NCBI GenBank assembly: GCA_964019425.1
Contig: OZ025800.1
Coordinates: 310,001 to 374,000, forward strand
DNA length: 64,000 bases
Reading direction: 5' to 3'
Origin: Flectonema sp. DT1601
Lineage: Eukaryota
The notes under the pieces were generated by a model. It made no database searches. It was not told the origin of the DNA and was given only the letters and a program-made list of their open reading frames with translations. Position numbers and translations under genes: made by a program. Of this stretch, positions 60,301 through 64,000 are shown piece after piece (positions within the stretch are counted from its first letter, which is position 1; each line of letters opens with the position of its first letter).

Positions 60301-61863
60301 CTTTTGAAAGGTGTAAGCGTTCTTCAACATCGACTCCTCGATTTTTGGAATGAATACTTTATTTTCACATTTTTCTCCGTATATTAATTGTGTTGCTGAT
60401 CCAACTGTTTGAAACGTTGGACAGGTACAATTCTTAACCTGATTGGCATTCGCTAAAGCAGAACAACTCTTGTTTAGTACATCGTACTCGCATTGTAAGC
60501 TGTGCATATCACATTCTAAGACTGCTTTTTCACAAAACTGTTGTTGAGTAATACATATTCCAGGGAGACATTGAGAGTCATCGGTGCATAATCCACCCCC
60601 GATTTGACGAATGTTATTAAGAATAGGAATTTTTGAACCTCTCGACAATGGAGATTCCAGATTAAGAATCCCTCCACTAGTATTAGCAGTAAAGATAGCT
60701 GGAATACGTGAAGAGCGGAGGGCTGAGTAATTTGACACGAGAGCTGTTGGAGTAACAGAACACTCATCATCTGGTATCTGTTCTCTATTTACAGGGTATT
60801 CATCAGTTATTTCCTCCCAACGACCAGAGAACTCACCAAATATAGCTCCAAACGCATTAGTATGAACTGGTAAACATATTGTACACTCGCCATTAAGACA
60901 AGAGGTAGAGGTGGTGTATTTATTCGATTCCGGAGACCCCACAATATATTTTGAAAATTTTTCTAAAAATTTTTTAAAAAGCTTCTTTGGAGTGTATTTT
61001 GTACCCTCACCACCACACGGGTCCGCCGCAAAAGTCTGCGACGGATCATAGTACTTGAAGGTGTCTCGTAAGACTTCGTATACGTCAGATTCTGTAAACT
61101 TTGGTTCAGCATTTTTTAAGTCTTCAGTAAGTTTGGGATCAACCCATTGAAATGGATTAACACATGTTAAGTGATCAAGAGAAGCACAGTCAGCTTCTTC
61201 ATGACATGGTTTAAAAATATTACAACCCCCACCTTCACAACCTATCGATACCTGGTAGAATTCCCCCCGAGGAGCACATTGTTGTGCAACAATTTGCAAA
61301 TCAGCTCCGATTTCCATTATTGGATGAGTAAACGAGCATTGCTTAGGATAGTCTTTTTGACAGCTTTGAGGCATTTCAAAGGAAGTCTTACCAGTTAAGT
61401 CAGCATATAGTTTTCGTAAATCTCTTGTAAAACCCTTAGTAAAATCCAAGCAGTTTAGTTTTGTTGCTTCAGTTCCTTTATATAATTCGTTACCATAAAG
61501 TATCGCGAACAGAGGATGATATCTCTCTCGGAGTTCTTGGTGGTTGAAGCTGTCTTTCATTGCTTCGCAATGGGCTTTAAGGTAAACCTCAATTCCTTCA
61601 AGGCCGGCATAGAACATTCGAGGAAGCATAGGAATATCAATATTGATATTAAACAATGGGTTATCTGGTAAGAAACGAACCCTACCATTACAATCCCATG
61701 TCAGTATCGTTTGAAGATGACTTTGAGGCGCTGGAGTCGGACAATCAGCTGCACTCCCACTTCCACTTCCACTCCCACTACAACTCGAACTCCCTCCTGC
61801 TCCCAAAACCGGATGCGAAAACAGCACCAGTAGCAATGCTACTACTGGGAAGGCTGATGGCAT
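57365..61863 (-). CDS. ~1256-aa Cys-rich type-I membrane protein (4 exons) with a duplicated ectodomain and Pro-rich cytoplasmic tail
   Basis: Signal peptide; introns 59364-59752, 58074-58342 and 57947-58016 join three ORF-track fragments plus a 57-nt exon in frame; TM segment FIAVMLCMALIVCVSSLCVYY. Confidence 0.85.
59397..59731. repeat. Perfect (TTTG)n/(CAAA)n microsatellite, ~83 units, intronic
   Basis: Directly visible; lies inside intron 59364-59752. Confidence 0.97.
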
Positions 61864-62729
61864 CTTTTTTTTTTTTTTTTGGTCTCTCTTTTCAGCTTTT
61901 TTTTTTTTTTTGTTATCTCTGTTGATAAAATGAAAAAGGGTTTATTTCTGATTAATTTTGTGAAAGAATAACATAATAATAATAAATTCGGACGAGTTTA
62001 AAAAAAACATAATTATAGTTTCCCCCACCCACCCTGTCATGAAACAAAAGAGAGTTTTATTATTATTAAGTAGCAAGAGTTGTTTAGAGGGCTTCTATTT
62101 TTCGATGCTGCTCTACATACTGCATTTCTTCGTTAACTATTATTATTTTTTTTTTTTTTTTGTCCTCTTGTCCTCGAGTCTTGAGTTAATTTTTTTTTCC
62201 CGCTGCCTGTCAAACTCATTTCACGAGAGGAGAGATACTCCAAATTTTCTAAATAGGACACGTTCAACAGAATATAAGATTTTTTTTTTTTTTTTTTTAA
62301 TTTGTTGTACAAAAAAAATACTTTTAAAAGTAAATCATACTTGTGCCCCCTCTAAAGGGAATTACATAAGGAAAGGGTTAACGCTTTATCCTCCCTTTCT
62401 GTTGTCAAAAACAATGGCCCTTAAAACCCCTTATTTGAAATTCGCTCATTTTTGGAATTCCCTTTTTTAAGGAGCACAAGCATTTAAAAAAAAAAAAAAA
62501 AAAAAAAAGAGGGGGAAAGAAGAAAAGGGGAGGGAGGGCTAATTATTTTGAGTATATTTATAATGATATAAATATAGGTGTTGTATCAAAGTTAACTATT
62601 ATAAACAATTAGTAATTTATGAGACAGCTGACTAAAAGGTTACATTAGTATTGGTGGGTTGAAATGAAGAAGAAAAAAATACATAATTACCCTACTTGGA
62701 TGCTGGTAACGAAAAAAAAAAAAAAAATA

Positions 62730-64000
62730 CTATTTTTTTCGTTGTTTGCCAATGCATTTTTTGCATTTTAGTGCTCCTGATTTTCGTTTTTCTAATTTGT
62801 TTCCTGTTTCTTTGCATACAGAACAAGATGAAAAGATAGGATATTTTGATTCTATGTCTGCAAGAGTTGCTTTTAGTTTTTCTGCATCAGCAACAGCTGC
62901 GTCCCTCTCGGCGACAATTGGAATTCGTTTGCGAAGTTCAGTTTCTGTTTCAGATAGCTTTTGGTGTTGAACTTTAATGTGAGTTTCCAGTTCTTTTATT
63001 CTTTTAGTCCTTGAAAGTAGTTCTTCAGATTGCTCATTGGCTGTTTTAACAGCAGCATCAGAGGTCGATTTTAAGTCTTGCAGTTGTGTTGAAAGCTTTG
63101 ATTCCTTCTCTGAATGATGTGCTTTGAGAGCAGAAATCTTTTCTTTTAAAGGTTTCACTGCTGCTGATATCTGCTGTTTAACATCCTCCTCAGTTATACC
63201 TGTAGGTACGTGAACAGTCACCTGTTCTGCTTGAGGTGTTGGTAATAAAACAGATGATTGAGGAGAAGCCTCTACCTGTGATATCGATACAGAAAGTTGC
63301 TTTACTGGAGTTTCTAACTGAGCACTGTCTCTGTCACTGTTTATACTTCCGTTTAAATTATCTTGTTTTCCTAACAACCTACGTAATACCTCAGGATTGC
63401 TCATTTGAAGCAGTTTATTTTCGAGATGGGTCTGCTGTGCTACAGCTCGACGTTCTCTTTTGAGCGCTTTCTGCTCTCGTTTTTCGAGCTTCCGTATGGT
63501 GCTATCGGTAGATAGCAACTTGTCTTCTAGTGATTGAATGGTGTCACGTTGTTGACTTATAAAAGTCTGAAGACATATCACTTCAGTGGTAGCACCTGAC
63601 AATGGTGTTTCAAGTGAGCTAACGGTCGGAGGAGAAAGTCTGTCTTGCAATAAACTTAAGAACGTATCCGTTTCAACATCAGGTTGTGGAGATAATAAAA
63701 CTCGTTGTGTACCTGTTGGAGATAAACTGCGTTCTGGACGTATCGAAGCAGATACAGCCCTTTCATAGTTTGCTAATTTTTCATTTATCTGACTCGATGT
63801 TGAGCGCCTCATTGCTGATATTCTTTGTTCTCTTTTTTGAATGTCTTCTATGCGTTTGGTGGCTTCTTGTTCGGTTCGTCTCATCATTCGCAGTGCTCGT
63901 TTTTTAGCTTCTGATTGCGCAGTGCGGATGGCGCCGACTGATGTCACAGTTCGGTGACTTGGTTTTGCTGATGATTTTGCGAGACTAGCAACTCTCGGAG
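62730..64000 (-). CDS. Coiled-coil protein with a C-terminal CxxC...CxxC zinc ribbon (5' end beyond the window)
   Basis: The frame stays open to the window edge; ends CSVCKETGNKLEKRKSGALKCKKC. Confidence 0.75.
   Translation of the reverse strand, partial: PRVASLAKSSAKPSHRTVTSVGAIRTAQSEAKKRALRMMRRTEQEATKRIEDIQKREQRISAMRRSTSSQINEKLANYERAVSASIRPERSLSPTGTQRVLLSPQPDVETDTFLSLLQDRLSPPTVSSLETPLSGATTEVICLQTFISQQRDTIQSLEDKLLSTDSTIRKLEKREQKALKRERRAVAQQTHLENKLLQMSNPEVLRRLLGKQDNLNGSINSDRDSAQLETPVKQLSVSISQVEASPQSSVLLPTPQAEQVTVHVPTGITEEDVKQQISAAVKPLKEKISALKAHHSEKESKLSTQLQDLKSTSDAAVKTANEQSEELLSRTKRIKELETHIKVQHQKLSETETELRKRIPIVAERDAAVADAEKLKATLADIESKYPIFSSCSVCKETGNKLEKRKSGALKCKKCIGKQRKK

Noticed and set aside
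832..63947. Alternative genetic code or non-canonical intron boundaries
   Set aside because: Conserved proteins read through with the standard code, TAA, TAG and TGA all end genes, and every resolved intron is GT-AG.

Overview
This is AT-rich eukaryotic nuclear DNA in which all ~26 supportable protein genes across the 64 kb lie on the minus strand, some only 115-190 nt apart and one pair apparently overlapping. The layout resembles a euglenozoan directional (polycistronic, SL trans-spliced) gene cluster. Short GT-AG introns are also present, which fits a diplonemid-like protist better than a kinetoplastid; this taxonomic call is an inference. I resolved 19 frame-consistent introns by hand. 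These join several ORF-track fragments and reveal two genes the track does not recover: an 82-aa EF-hand protein and a small membrane protein overlapping SDE2. Recognisable products are TMEM143/DUF3754, SDE2, a mitochondrial FAD/4Fe-4S D-lactate/glycolate dehydrogenase, a DnaJ protein, an ankyrin protein, PP1, an IQ protein, two large Cys-rich type-I membrane proteins, a ThiE/TenI-like protein, cysteine synthase, a PRMT, an HMG-box protein, an 8-EF-hand NEK-like kinase, a calcyphosin-like protein and a coiled-coil protein built from tandem exon+intron cassettes. The most striking signal concerns splicing. Cis-intron acceptors lack a polypyrimidine tract and are A/C-rich, often complementary to the G/U-rich intron 5' end. 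Start-proximal candidate trans-splice acceptors are U-rich. Together these suggest a sequence code separating cis- from trans-splicing. No tRNA, rRNA, CRISPR array or mobile element was recognised. No database searches were run.
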